63,999 nt of DNA, filler included, from Bigelowiella natans CCMP2755 (GCA_000320545.1; 9 parts of 9 records of this genome joined end to end with filler, not necessarily neighbours in it), one strand, 5' to 3'; positions 24,299-37,920 are shown, counted from the first letter of the whole stretch. The notes: generated from the letters alone by a model not told the origin. A program made the numbers and translations.

Positions 24299-26462
24299 TT
24301 AGTGAGGTCTAACTAGTGAAATCAGAAGGAATCAAGAATGGCATTCTAGCCATCGAGGAGCTTGAAGATCTCATTGTGGGACTGAGAGATCTCCTTCTAG
24401 GACTAGGGGATCTTCTTTTCCGATCCCTCGGTCCCCGACGACGGTCATGATCCCTTGATCAATGAAACAGGTTCTGCGACAAGCTCCTTTCGATGTGTGC
24501 CACTCCATTTTTTATCTACGACAACGATTTAGATGTCGCATGCCACGAATGCATGAACTCACACAGCCCACAACCCATCGTGGAGGTGGTGTTCCCCCTC
24601 CCTCCTCGCCGTTTTGCGACAGAGCATCGGTTCGCTGAGAAAAAATTTCGTCCCATTGATGAGGAGATGAAATCGTTTGTACCCCCTTAGAACAAGGAAG
24701 GGTTTTCTGCGTAGTGTTGCAACAAGCATCTTCCACTTCAACAACTGATTCTCAAATTTAACGTCAGAACTGATAAAAGCCATTCCTGCGCCAAGCCTGG
24801 CCTGCTCGCGGCATGCGCAGTACGACCACCCCTAGGATTCGACAGGGTTGCACACCGAAGGCCAATGGCATGAACCCAGTGGTGAAGGCCCCGGTTGCTA
24901 CAAGTGACAGCAATGATGACCTTCTTGGCTTTTCGAGACAGAAGTCTGCAAATGAGGGGTTCGCAGCTGCAGAATCTGAGGTTATAAACACTTTTGATAA
25001 ACACCTTTTATTTGCTTTATGCTTAATTCGGTAGCAATGCAGTCGTTCACGATGCATTTTTATGGCCCGATTTCTTTGCCAGTTCCATGTGATCATAAAC
25101 CACCAAGAGACACCCAAAACGCAAGACCTCGAAAAACAGCTAGAGGAGGTCTTCGAAAGAAGTGCAGAAAGCGTAGACAAGTATGCGCTGGTAAGTAGTT
25201 TTCTGAGACGAGCTACTAAACTTTTTGGGGGCAGATTTTTTGAGTTTGGTGTGTTTGTTGGAACAGATCGCTGTGCAGCTATTAGGGCTTGCATTTGTGA
25301 TTGGGGGCTGGATATTGAGCACAGAAGCTGCATGACCTTTAATTCCCTGAGAATACAGTAGTCTGCAAAAAGTGTCTTGCAGGGATACATTTCAATTACA
25401 AAATCTTTAGACTCTCCATTTACTTATACATTATTATCGTGACTAGCGGAAGTCCGGTTCAATTTCCTAGACTCTCTTGTCCATCTCCACACAACAAGCA
25501 AACGTCTGTAAAGTCAACGCAAAATTAAGTTTGGTTGAAGGTCATCCCAAACATTCTCTAGCCTCCCCCGACGGCTCCGAAGAGGCATTCACCGGCGGGG
25601 TCTCCCCATCTTGTGTTAGATGGGGGAGATAAGCACTGCCTTATCATAAGTAACACATAAGATACCCCCTGACGACGAGACCGAATAGATTTTGGCCAAG
25701 GGAAGATTTTAGTAAGTCATCAATTGAATGGTAACAGGTTTTACACACTTTAAGGTGAAGCCTGAGCCTTCGTTAGAATTTTCTGTACAGAGTACACATA
25801 TAGAGTACATAATTTTTTTATTTTTATTCCTCGTATCATGATCCGCGACAACTAACTGTTGTTAGTAATAACATATCTTTGTCGTCCAATTTCAGTTACG
25901 TTTGTACTAACTAAATGCACATCGAAGGTCTATTTTTGACACATGAATGGATATGGCTACAGCTCGCGCGCGCGCGCGCGCGTGTCTGTGTCTGTGTGTG
26001 TGTGTGTGTTTACATGCTATGTATGAAGGATGCCGCGGATGTCTATAGTTTTAGAGTACTTGCATCATGCATATATTACGCTGCAATTATACAATGATAA
26101 CAAATAGACACAACATGAGCGCGCTGTAGCCGCTGCATTGTACAGCTAGTTACGGCCTCAGCAGGATGGCTATCGAACAGATTTAATATAATCAATTGAT
26201 CACATCCGTCTCATCTAGTCATACCGCGCCGCGCTAGCCATGCTAGCATGTGTAGTGCGTGCATCGGGCAATATAATAATATTAACTTAATATTGATCGC
26301 GACACGTACAGCATGGCAACGTGTACTGTGCGCATATTGACAAGTTTATTATTATATGCATGTGTATGTAGCGCAACAACGTAGCGGAAGCAGGGCAGTA
26401 CTTCTGCACTGAAACAGCACAACTTTATGTACCTCGACGCCCCGTTAACTAAGAAGTGTGAC

Positions 26463-28368
26463 TTACATGCTGAGCCTGGCTAGTCCTCGCTCATAGAAGA
26501 TGTCGCAGCAGCGGCCGCCGACTTTAGAAGCTCGATCGCTCTTTGGAGAGATTCTGTAACCTGTGAACATCCACATCATGCATGTAAATGCGCGCAGCGT
26601 TGGCAACACATGCACAGGCACGCGAACACAAAATCATGGAAACAGTAGGATTGCACATGAGAGAATACGAAAGAATGAACAGACCTCCTTGACAGACGAT
26701 TGCAGCTCCTTCGAGGCCAGCACTCCTTTCTCAATCTTGCAAAGATCACGCGCTTGTGCCGACAGAGACTGCATAGAACAACCAATGGTGAGTGATGATA
26801 TTTCGTATATATGATGAATACCCTACCGCTACCGCTGCTGCTGCTTCTGCAACGTCTCATACTTGCAGCCATCTCTTTCTCTCCCTCTCCCCCCCCCATC
26901 TCCCTTCCTATCTCTCCCCCACACACATACCCACATGGAGAGATAGATAGATAGATAGATACAGAGAGAGAGAGCATTTCAAAAATCCATTTTTAATACT
27001 TAGTATAGATAATTACATATTTGTATGTATAGTAAAAACATATGCATTTAATTAATGTATCTTTGCAGCGTTCTATGCTCTGACCTTTAAGAGATCCTTG
27101 GGTGTTTGCGAGGCTGCTGCATGCTGCTTCTGGAAACATACACAATACCACGAAACAAGCTTTGGTACACACCCCAGGCAATATGGCATTCCCAACGCAT
27201 TTAGCACAAACACACACAGATACACAGACACACGCACTATAGTACACACAATATATGGACAAACAAGGCAGGCTACATCGCCATATGGCTTCTCGCACGC
27301 GGGGGTTGATCTGATTGCTCCGCTCTAACACACTACAGTGTACGTAATCAAATGTAGATGAGCGACGTACTTGTTTGACGTCGGTATCTTCAATCTCCAT
27401 AACCTGTTCTCCCTTCTCCAAACTACCAGAGCTCATGCCTATCAGGCCTTTCACCAAACGCTGACGAATGCGTCCAGCATCGCACATCATCATAGCAAAT
27501 CAACGTACAATGAGACTGGCGTGTGTTTCTTCTTCATTCTGTACCTCTACTCTCTACACTCACACGCGTGTAAAATGCATATTGCGACTCCCACACACCA
27601 TAAGGTCTCTACCCTTCCACGACCACGATTAAAAATCAAAAATTACGATGAACATCGTTTTACTTTAAGATATTTAGCTGCTGGTGCTCCTGGGTAGGTG
27701 CTCAGAAAGGAAACACCCTGAAGAAATTGGCAAGATAACAGCTCAACGACAAGACTTCCAAAACGACGAGTAAGGAGAAAGAAAACTTTTCTAAGTCTAT
27801 AATAATGAGAATCGCTTTTCACAACTGAGGCAGTATTTTCCCCGCAATCCGCACTGGGTCATTGCGAGAGTATCGATGTAAAAATAGTGTGCATGTCGCG
27901 GGGGCGGCTGCTGCAATAGTATACTGCTGCATCACGATGTTGATCTTGTTTGTTTTGATGCGACAACCCACACCTTTTCGCAAGCTTCAAGCAGTTTTGA
28001 GTCCATCGGTACAGACCCTGCATCGTGTGAGACAGCAGCGATGTAGCTTCAATGTACAGAATATAAATCACAGATATACTTGCGCGCGCGCGCACACACT
28101 GATCTAGCAACACAAAAAGATACGTACACATGTACTGAGAATCACTGCTATAAACGACCTAGATATTGGACGCCCATTTCCTTGCACATCTGTCTTGCGC
28201 CACCACTGATCTGATTAAAGGGGGGGGGGGGGGAGGGCGTCGTTAGGGGAGGCCACCTCAGCTCTCCCATCTAATCAAAACACGTACTGGTGGGAAGATG
28301 CTCGTCTTAAAACCGCAATTCGGACAGGAGAATGAGCTCATGTTCTCCACGACCCCAAGGACTGAATG

Positions 28369-28405
<37 letters not shown>

Positions 28406-28669
28406 TATATACGTGACACAGCGGCGGGGGGAGGGAGATAGCAGCATGTTTATTTATTGATTGGTTTATTAATGGGCTGCTTCAGGAATGGTCTGGGGAG
28501 TGGAGAGACTAGGAAACGCCCGTCGTCATCAGATAAAAAAACACAAATTTTGCGCCAAAAAATTGACAAACAAAAAGCACATACTGTGCTGTTAAAATAC
28601 ACCACGAACAATCGGAAAACTGTGCTCTCATTCTTGTAAGATCCGTATTATGGAAAGGCAACGAGAGAG

Positions 28670-28714
<45 letters not shown>

Positions 28715-29825
28715 CGGCTTCCTAACAATACGACTTGGAATCTTCGTTTTCCTGCAAAAACTGATCTCCTTCCTCACCTACATGGTGGGGGGCAAATTCA
28801 CTCATTGGCCGCTGTGTGAGTTGCGCGCAACGATAGATGCATTCACGCACGACACTCTCCATGAGAGGATGTGAGATGAAGAATCATCATCAAATTCACG
28901 AAATCAATATCGTTGGTCTTTCTGAATAATGGCGGAAAAGCTCAGCCCCACAACCGACATTGTTGCTTTTGCGAAAACAGGGGCGAGCGCTTCTTCCACA
29001 CTTTAAGTCTCATTTCATTCTTTTACCCCCCCTCCCCCCCTCCCTGTCCCCCAAAGGGAAAAAAAAGGGAAACAATTGCTCACATCAAGGAGAGCGACTT
29101 CCTGAGGCGTTGTCACGATAACCTTAAACAACAACAACAACAACAACAACAACAGCAACCACCATCGTCATTATCATCATCATCATCACCTTCTTCTTCT
29201 TCGTCATCATCGTCATCATTTTAGCATGTCTATGATCCCGAAAACAGGCACTCGACGAATATACCCAAGACACCGATATATACATCATTCCATTTGCGAA
29301 GCCAGGCGAATGCATTTTGCTGTTGTTGTTTTTTGTCATTGTGGTTTCTTTGCATCCTGACCGCGCCGTCGATCTTGACTTTCTTGAGGAGCTTCGCAAT
29401 GGAGATATGCTCATCAGAAGTCCCCGGAGGCGCATCAACAACCAAATAGTCTGTAAGGTTCATTTGAAAAGCAGTTTGATGAAGTGCGACAAGCACAAAG
29501 TACGATGATCGGGTGAGGAGATGACACTGATGGTTTTTGGAGAATTTGGCGGTACTACGTGTAAATCTTTATATCAACAGTATCATCGTCATCATCATCA
29601 TCATCATCATTCACCTTTATTTTAATTTTACTTTTGGGCAAAAAATTAATATTAACAGGCGCCCTGGGGAGAATTTCAAAAAAGCCAAAAGGGGGGGAAA
29701 AAAAAAAGGAGGCCAAGATTAATGATACGGGGGGCGGTCGCACCAGGCCCGGAGAAATCCGTACCGCCCCCAAATGGACATTTTTCAGAAATTGTTTGAG
29801 GGGGCCGGTTTTTCGGGGTCCAAAA
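26463..29825 (-). CDS. NUBP1: Cytosolic Fe-S cluster assembly P-loop NTPase, Nbp35/NUBP1-like (5' truncated)
   Basis: Exons give [88 protein letters not shown]. The IFPP..GGA segment is Nbp35-like rather than Cfd1-like. Conserved core 27665-29825; exons below that are tentative. Confidence 0.85.
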
Positions 29826-29885
29826 GGTAATAAACCGGGGGGGGGGGGGGGGGGGGCACGTACACACAGAAGCACCAACACTCGT

Positions 29886-29985
29886 NNNNNNNNNNNNNNN
29901 NNNNNNNNNNNNNNNNNNNNNNNNNNNNNTTAATTAATTAANNNNNNNNNNNNNNNNNNNNNNNNNNNNNNNNNNNNNNNNNNNN
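29886..29985. other. Artificial contig spacer
   Basis: 100-bp N run containing TTAATTAATTAA. Confidence 0.98.
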
Positions 29986-30133
29986 CTCTCCCCCCCCCCC
30001 ACGGCCCCCGGGGGAAAAAACCCCGCAGCCCCCAATATCTCATCTGGCCCCCTCCCCCCACCCCCCCCCCTTCCCCCCCTTCGGAGCAGGAAAGAGCTCG
30101 TGGGAGCACCCCCTCGACGGCTTTTACCGCAAG

Positions 30134-30521
30134 ATGTACAAGGATGAGAAACGCGGCGTGGCGGGAGGGGGGGGCGACGAGAAAGGTGACAAGCAGAGCA
30201 ATACCAGCGGCAGCAGCGATACTAGCACCAGCAGCCGCGACGGCGCGGATACGACGACGAAGGCCGCCGACGCCAAGCAAGAGGCCCTCCACAAAGCGCG
30301 GCTGGAAGAGATAAAGGACCTCAAAACACAGCTCGAGGCGCTCAGGAAGAAGCAGCACGAGGGCAAAACGGAGAGGAAAGCGCTGCAGGATAAGAACGCC
30401 CAGCTGGCCCGGGCGCACTCCGAGGAGCTCCAGGCGCTCAATCAGGCACACAAGCGGCAGCTCGAGGGGATCAAACAGCAACACTCCAAGGTAGGATGTT
30501 CGCCGGGCGCGTCGTTAGTAA

Positions 30522-30560
<39 letters not shown>

Positions 30561-30885
30561 CTATATAGTTATGACCGCAAACAACAACGACGATGATGCT
30601 GGTGATGATGATGATGCCGGTGCAGGCCCAGATGGCCCTGAACGACCGCCGCGACGCCGAGCAGAAGGTGGTGTACGAGCTGGAGCAGCAGGTAATAGAG
30701 CTCACTGAGCAAAACAACGCGCTAGCGGAGGAGAAGGCCGCGCAGTCCGCGAAGCACACGGCGGAGATCGAGGCCAGGGACGAGCAGATTGCTGCATTGA
30801 ACAAACGCGTCGAGGCGGCTGAGGACGCCGCCTCTTCTCGCGAGTCAGATACGGCGAAGAAGATGGTGAGTGAGTGAGTGAGTGC

Positions 30886-30942
<57 letters not shown>

Positions 30943-31736
30943 CGCGCGTGGTGATTAGTAGCAGTAGTAGTAGAAGTAGTAGTAGTAGTAGTAATAGTAG
31001 TAGTAGTAGTAGCAAGTTTACACTGGTAGTTCCGTTGTTATGTGTGGTGGTGGTGTGGTTATAACGGGATGTGTGTGGCGTGATGATTTAGGAGGAGACG
31101 GGCAAAGAGATGGAGGGCCTACGAGGCATGATATCTCAGCTGAAAGATGCGAACCATGAGCTAGCATCGAGGTAGCGGCTGCTGTTAGTTGCGTGCCGAG
31201 GGGAGAAGGGGGGGGGGGGGAGGGAGCTCGGAGATTTCTTTTAATCCGTCATTTTTGTTAATTTGTTTTGCTTGTTTGTTGTTGCTGGCATGTGTTGTGT
31301 TGTGATCAATCATCATCATCATCATCGTCATCATCATCACCATCATCACCATCACCGTCATCGTCGTCGTCTCACATTAGCCTGGAGACGGCGCACAAGT
31401 CCCGCGACGAGGCGAAGGAAGCTTTGGTCGCCGCCACAGAAGAGAATAAAAATATATATATATATATATAATGGTTTCTCTTGTCACATATCTCTCTCTC
31501 CCCCCCCCCCCCCAGATACGCATGACGCAGGGATACGACCGCAATAATAAATGCATCATCAGGTGGAGACTTTGGAAAACCAGGTACAAGCGGACCGGAA
31601 GCTACTCGAGCGGCTTGATATGCGCTACATCGCCAAGGAAAAAGAGCACGAGGCCACGCTGAAGGCGCTCAAGGAGCTCGAGGGCAAAACTGCTGTTATA
31701 TCATCCGAGAGGGAGATGGCAACCCGCCGTCTCAAG
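30134..31736 (+). CDS. Coiled-coil protein, internal multi-exon fragment
   Basis: GC-rich, E/K/Q/A-rich exons (about 30134-30490, 30627-30865, 31563-31736) with GT-AG boundaries. Confidence 0.65.
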
Positions 31737-32057
31737 GTGAGAGCAGCCTGGCGGCCTGGGAAGGGGAGAGGGAAGGGGGGGGGGGGGGGGGGGTCCCCCC
31801 CCTTTGGGGGGGGGGGGGGGGGGGTCCTAGAGAGGGGGCGGGGGGGGGTGGGAGGTTGGGACGGGGGGGGGCGACCCACTGAAACAACTGGAAGAGCTCA
31901 AGGGCAATAATCCTGTCCTGTGGCCCGTGGGCCGCTTCTCGCCCGCAGCGGAGACCGCGGTATTTGCGCTTCAACTGAGCCCGAATCCCACTACTGCCGC
32001 CCCTTGTGGGCCCTATGATAACAAGTGTGTGCCGTGTGTCTTTGTTCGTGTGTTTTG

Positions 32058-32157
32058 NNNNNNNNNNNNNNNNNNNNNNNNNNNNNNNNNNNNNNNNNNN
32101 NTTAATTAATTAANNNNNNNNNNNNNNNNNNNNNNNNNNNNNNNNNNNNNNNNNNNN
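32058..32157. other. Artificial contig spacer
   Basis: 100-bp N run containing TTAATTAATTAA. Confidence 0.98.
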
Positions 32158-32914
32158 AAGCTTTACCCGAAGTTGCTTGATAGGCTCGACGACAGCGATG
32201 ATGAGGTCAGCATCTATACACTAGAAAGCGACCATACCCATAAACCTCCCGTGACGTTGGTTCCCCCCCCGTGTCAATCAATGATAGGTCCGGGTCGCCT
32301 TTGCGAGCACCCTTGGCGCGTTGATCTGTCGCGCATTCCCACCCGCGGAGAGCTTTGACCGGACAGGGCAGTTCTTCAGCTATATCGTCAAGCACTCGTT
32401 GATTCACCTCGACGACTCCAACGAAGATGTAGTGATAGTAGTAGTAGTAGTAGTAGTAGTTGTAGTAGTGGTGGTGGTATTTGAGCAGAAATTAAAGTTT
32501 TGGAAGAATAGTGCACAAGCCGTCTTGGGTCGTCACCCATACTTCAAAAACTAAACTTGCCCGCCGCAGCATCGTTCGCCGATGTGGCCGGCTGTCTTAC
32601 ACCGCAACGCTGAGAGTATGACTTTAACGCACAGGTGAGCAACGCCATCTTCAAATTCTTATCGGACGTCGCTTTTTACAATCCGAAGGTGGTAGTTGTG
32701 TGGTTTCTAACTCGCTTACAGAAGTAGCAGAGGCTCGCAGCGGTGGAGGGGAGTGTCACCTGCCATAGTCGCGACTTGAAGGCTGATTTTTGCTATGTTT
32801 TTGGTCGTGCAATCAAAACAGGTTTTCTCCGAGCTCGTTACTCGAGCAAGGACGCGGCACACGACACCAGAACGCTGCGACGCGCTTCTGAAATGTGTTG
32901 AGAACGACACGTGA
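32158..32914 (+). CDS. DNAAF5: Axonemal dynein assembly factor 5 (HEATR2), 3' fragment
   Basis: Spliced translation KLYPKLLDRLDDSDDE/VRVAFASTL...SLIHLDDSNED/VSNAIFKFL..P/..RARTRHTTPERCDALLKCV matches the remembered HEATR2 C-terminal pattern (YPELLKRLDD..VR, LLVHLDD, HR...C..LL); TGA at 32912-32914. Confidence 0.8.
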
Positions 32915-33046
32915 TGCGCGGCAGAGAAGGATGGCGATCATGAAAAGAAAATTAGTACGGCAACGATGATCAACACATGCTAGCATGTGTTGTTGACAAA
33001 TCAACCGACGTGCGTTAATTTACTACAAAACATGTTCATGCCTTAG

Positions 33047-34010
33047 ATGCAACAGAATGCCACATCATGCATCTCCCTGATCGCTGCGAGGCTTGTGAAG
33101 TGATTGATGCCGGTCTAGCGGTGCCCCAACGCCATGAAAGCTGACATCAACCTTGGAATGTCATCTTTCTTCGAGCGAGTGCCGTAAGTGAACCGCCGAA
33201 CATGCGATGCAGGTCTGTGGTCACAGGCAGCAAATCAAAAGAACTTGTTGATGCGGCGTGCCGTGTAGCTCAAGTCATGAATGCATCTCCATTCCTCATG
33301 CTGCTTTTGATCGGATGCATTCCAGCATTCTAGCATTCACACCATTTGATTGTCTTGAAACGATGTGCGGTTGTCATTGCCGTCGTGGCAGAGCTAGAGA
33401 GGTCAACATGCTCTCACATGCTCACAGTGCATGAATCATGAACGCGAACACATCAGCTGTCGCATTTCTGGGATTTCCAACATTGCAGATGACACTTTGT
33501 GCTTGCTTGCACGTGCACCACCTTTGAACACACATGTGCAGCACATTGTTTGGTGCATGTGTGGAAAGGAAGATCACGTATGCACAAAAAAGACACACGC
33601 ACGTGAAGGCATTGTGCACGTGTTGGCAGAAGCAGAAGAAGAAGCTGGAGTCCGAGGCACCCGTGTCACATTCCGACCTCGACCTTGACGAATGTGAACG
33701 AATGAGCGTCAATGAACAATGAACAATGATGAAAAACCATGTTTCCATAGTAGTGTGACAAGACACTTGCAATGTGCGAAATGCAGTGCCTCGAACTGGC
33801 TTCAGCGTGAGGACTGACCAGCAAACCAGCGGGGTTCATGCAAATTGTCACGAACCAAACATTCAATGCATCACAACTAGCAGCCAAATGACGACGACGC
33901 AAAGCATCCATCCTGAGCAGGAACTTCCTGACAGCCACGTCCACACGGAGATCAACGTTGGGGACATCCGAGGGGGCGCCGAGCAAGACTCTGGTCTTCT
34001 TCGTCCACTG
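33047..34010. other. TpA-depleted tract D
   Basis: 9 TA in about 960 bp, 4 in CTAG and 3 more in NTAG. Confidence 0.85.
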
Positions 34011-34382
34011 GTAAAGTTCGAAAAACTACCAACAAACAGAGCGACATCCTACTTTTGTTGTCGCTCACTAATGAAAGGAATGGAAAACCGATTGAGCGAC
34101 AAGGAATTGCAGAAAGAACGGAAACAGATACTCGATCGGCGTGCCATTGCACAGCAGCAAATGGCTGACACCCCCTGCAAGCCCGGCCCCCAGAACCTGG
34201 CCGAGGTGATGTCTTCGTTTCCATGTACCTTTTTTCTTTCAAATAGCGGATAGAGCGGTTGTTCTCCGGCTCCTTCGCGTCCTTGATGGTGTTGCTACTC
34301 TCCCCCTCTCGGTTGCCATGCAAGCCATTGTGGAACAATAGGGAATTGCATGAGATTTGCTATTAATCTTCATGTTTCACAC

Positions 34383-35015
34383 CCGAAAGCTTCTGGAAAA
34401 TGCACGGCTGGGCGCGTACTTGGAATCCTTTGAGAAAATGGGGTTTACCTCGAACATGAAAATAAAAAAGGCTCTCAAAAGGATGCAACGAGGATTCCTG
34501 CTCGGTCGGTGAGCATCATCAACAGTCTCGCCCTCTTCATCTTCCCTGCTAAATTATCGCCGACTTGCTGAGGGCGAAGTATTTTTCCTGATCGTAGACA
34601 AAATTCTCTCCTTGAGCTGGAACCACCTCCGAATCGATTTCATAAGTAATGCATGCAATAATCAGAGAAGATGAAAATGAAGCCTGGCCACGCGAGTCGG
34701 CTTTGCCGTGAGTTGGAAATAAAAGCGGAGGAGGAAAGTCAAGCGGAACTTAAGAGGTATGTGATTTTGCCCCCTCTTAACTGTCATGCCTAGCGGGTGA
34801 TTCATGGTATTGCCTGGCTACTCCGAGTATTGCCTCTCTCTCCCTGCCTTTACACGTCTCTCCGTTCTTGCAGTAAGCTGCAGGAAGCGATGCAGGCTGA
34901 GAAGAATGAGATCTATATGACGGCCCGTAAGGAAATCTTAGCTCAAGTCAATCAGGATATGAAGCAACGGAGAGTGCAACAGCATCGACTTCAACAACAA
35001 GTGTGATATGTGTGT

Positions 35016-35062
<47 letters not shown>

Positions 35063-36605
35063 CGAGAGACGTTTTAACATGGCCAGATTTCCAGTAGGTT
35101 CACTCGTATCTTCTCCCTCAACTCATTTGTGGTCATTACTCATCAATAGCGTCAGCAGCTGCAGCAGCAGCAGCAACTGCAGCAAGCCCAGCAGCAGCGT
35201 GGCCGACGACGACCGTCTGCAGTCGAGAAACTTTTCTTCAGCTTCCTCAAAAACTGCATCGTCAGCCTGATTTCGGCCCCGCTGAGGTCAGCTGAACGAT
35301 ATATGCATCCATCTTTGCACTGCGTCTCCTTTAGCCCTCTCACCAAATCTCGGCCTCACCACATGAGGACTCACGGCGGCGCTATCGTCGCCGTGGGCTG
35401 TGACATCACATTGGTCATTATTATTAGGTTCTGGGCAGTCGCCGGGCAGATAACACCAGAGCTTGTTCGGCTGGGTGTCCTCCGCGACAACATGAGCCGT
35501 ATTAACCACGACCCAAGCACGAAGGAGCTTTTCAAGGCCTACGTCACAGAGGTCACGCGGCAAAGACGGGTCCAGGACTTACCTGACACCTTCTACTCCG
35601 GGGTATCTGCTGAGAGGAAGGAGGCTCTTTCAGACGTCTTCCTCACAGGCCTCACCGTGTACGATGCGGTGATGCAGCTTGGGCCGCGCGCGCTGTTCTA
35701 CGGCACGTCGATGGACCTGGTTTCGTTCGGAGTCGGGACCGTCCTTAGGATGTCCTTGGTGCCGACCGCTGCACTCCTCTACAGGGAGTTTCCGGATGTG
35801 TTCAACGCACGCATGCGGTTTGCAATGCTATGGGTTCTCGACGCGGTAAAGAACGTCGAGCTCACCAATATCAGCAACATCCGCAGCCTGTTCCGCGTGC
35901 AGGGTGTGGTGGCCGGCGCGTGCGCACGTGGGGGGGGGGTTAGGCCGTGCGAGGAGGCGATACCCGAGCTGAGCTCGCTCAGTGCCGACTACCCTGCGGA
36001 GGTGTGGAAGATTCTCAAGACGAGGGGTCTCGAAGGCTACTATCATGTAAAATCGTGACGGGCGTCCGCGAAATCTAACGATAATCTGAGCTGCAAGTAT
36101 TCTGAATCTACTCTTCCTCCTCCTCCTCCTCCTCCTCCTCCTCCTCCTCCTCCTTCTGTCTCCCCCACTCGTGCTTTCCCACCAATCATCAATCGTTGTC
36201 GTTGCCGTATACCGTAGGGCTGGTTCCTGCGGGTATTCGATGCCCTTTTGGCGCGGACGGTGTTCGAATTCGCCCCGGGGTATAACGATGCTTATCACAA
36301 CTTCCTGAAGATTTTCGTCGTATACCCTCTGCAGACGGTCCTCTGCCGTAAACTCGTGGCCCAAGGAACAGAGCTCGAGTAGTGCTACTGCAGCGTATCT
36401 ATACTCTGAAAACAAAGCCTTGATGCCTATGTGTATGTGTGTATGCGTGCGTGCGTGTGTGTCCTCTACTTTTATGTTTATTGGGTGTTTCTGAGAGACT
36501 AGATGCACACGAAACAGTTAGCACCGGGCAAGCTTCCTCCATATTATACCCGTTGTCGTTATCTCATCCTTTTGATAGTCCACCATTGATGATGCATAGT
36601 TGAGA

Positions 36606-36639
<34 letters not shown>

Positions 36640-36835
36640 GCCTGCTTCCATCAGATACGCTTCATGGTGGGCGGCTGTAAAGCAGGTATATTCTGAGCGC
36701 GGAATTGTAGGGTTTTATGCCGGATCGGTAGGGCACTTTTGCCAGGGCCTCTTATTGCCTGTAGTCATGCGATGGATCTATAACGTTGTCGTGAGATCTA
36801 TGCTCCACGCCTTGAGAGAACAGCCATTGCGATGA
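34383..36835 (+). CDS. Divergent mitochondrial-carrier-like protein with N-terminal SAM-like and coiled-coil/Q-rich region; may start near 33888
   Basis: Carrier-like segments LISAPAE, LGPRALFYG, ILKTRGLEGYYH/GW, VYPLQTVLCRKL, YASWWAAVKQVYSERGIVGFYAG. Upstream exons LLENARLGAYLESFEKMGF and MKMKPGHASRLCREL resemble SAM. Confidence 0.62.
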
Positions 36836-37920
36836 GATTGATATCGTTTGTGTTCCAGGAACAAGTTTATAATTTTTGAAATTAAATTCAATGCAGAAGC
36901 ATTTTGCTACAAGGTTATGTGGATGCATGCTCAATTTTTCTAACTTCCAACTGCATACTAGCATTGCGTTTCGGCCTGATCGAGGAATTGTTACACTGAA
37001 TTTTCTTCGCTTCTGAATTGGGATGCGACACAAGATACAGCTGCAGCCAGCCATGGAAGTGCAGCACACATGCGCATGCGCGCACCCTTTTCCCCACACA
37101 CACAAGTCTAGACGTGCATGCATTTGTTCAATGATTCACATCAAAACACTACCCACGCTTCGCATACATGTACGTCTAGATGTGTATGGCATATGCATCA
37201 TCCTTCTCTAGTTCGCACATCCGTCTTCACACGCTCGCACGTGCACTATGCCAGCATGCATCGTTCTCAGCCATGACATTCCGCAAAGCTCTTCGGGTGT
37301 CAGAGAAAGATACTTGTCCCTTTGTCACGCACAGTCAATCCCCAAAAGTTACTCCCCTATTCCAAAGCATGTGACTCATCATTGCAAGAAAGCCAGAAAG
37401 CAGAAGTCAGAAAGAAAGAAGTGCTTCACTGGAGCGTGCGGTGCAACGCTAGAAAGGACCATGGGACACGCTGATTCATCCGTGTCCTCCCCGATCAAAT
37501 CAACTACATTGAATGAATGAATGAATGAAGTAGTCCTAATGCTTGAATCGAAAGGATCACAATCAGACGTGCCAACTCATCCACGACAGTCCTCCCCCCA
37601 AGCGAGAGCGCATTCGGGCACATGTAGTCAAATCCATCGTCTTTTTCCCCTTTTGACACCGAATCTCTCCCGGCAGAAGGCTCCTAAGATTTAGTGCCGT
37701 TGCACGCGTCGTTAAAACACTTGAGATATTTGTCTAAAGACCGCAGCTTTCTGATGTCGCAGGGCATATTTCCATGCATTTTCTTCATATTTGTTCCTCC
37801 ACAACATTGAAATCGGAAATCTCTCGTGGCCTCCGAACCTCGATCAACCGATAGTCGTTGGCGCGCCACCCCCCTTCCCCTCCTTCCGCCCAGGGAGCGA
37901 GAGGATCGACTCTGCATCCT

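Noticed and set aside
25556-25630. Helitron 3' end (hairpin followed by CTAG on the minus strand)
   Set aside because: Hairpin-to-CTAG spacing is short, the next base is not T, no RepHel sequence is seen and CTAG is common here.
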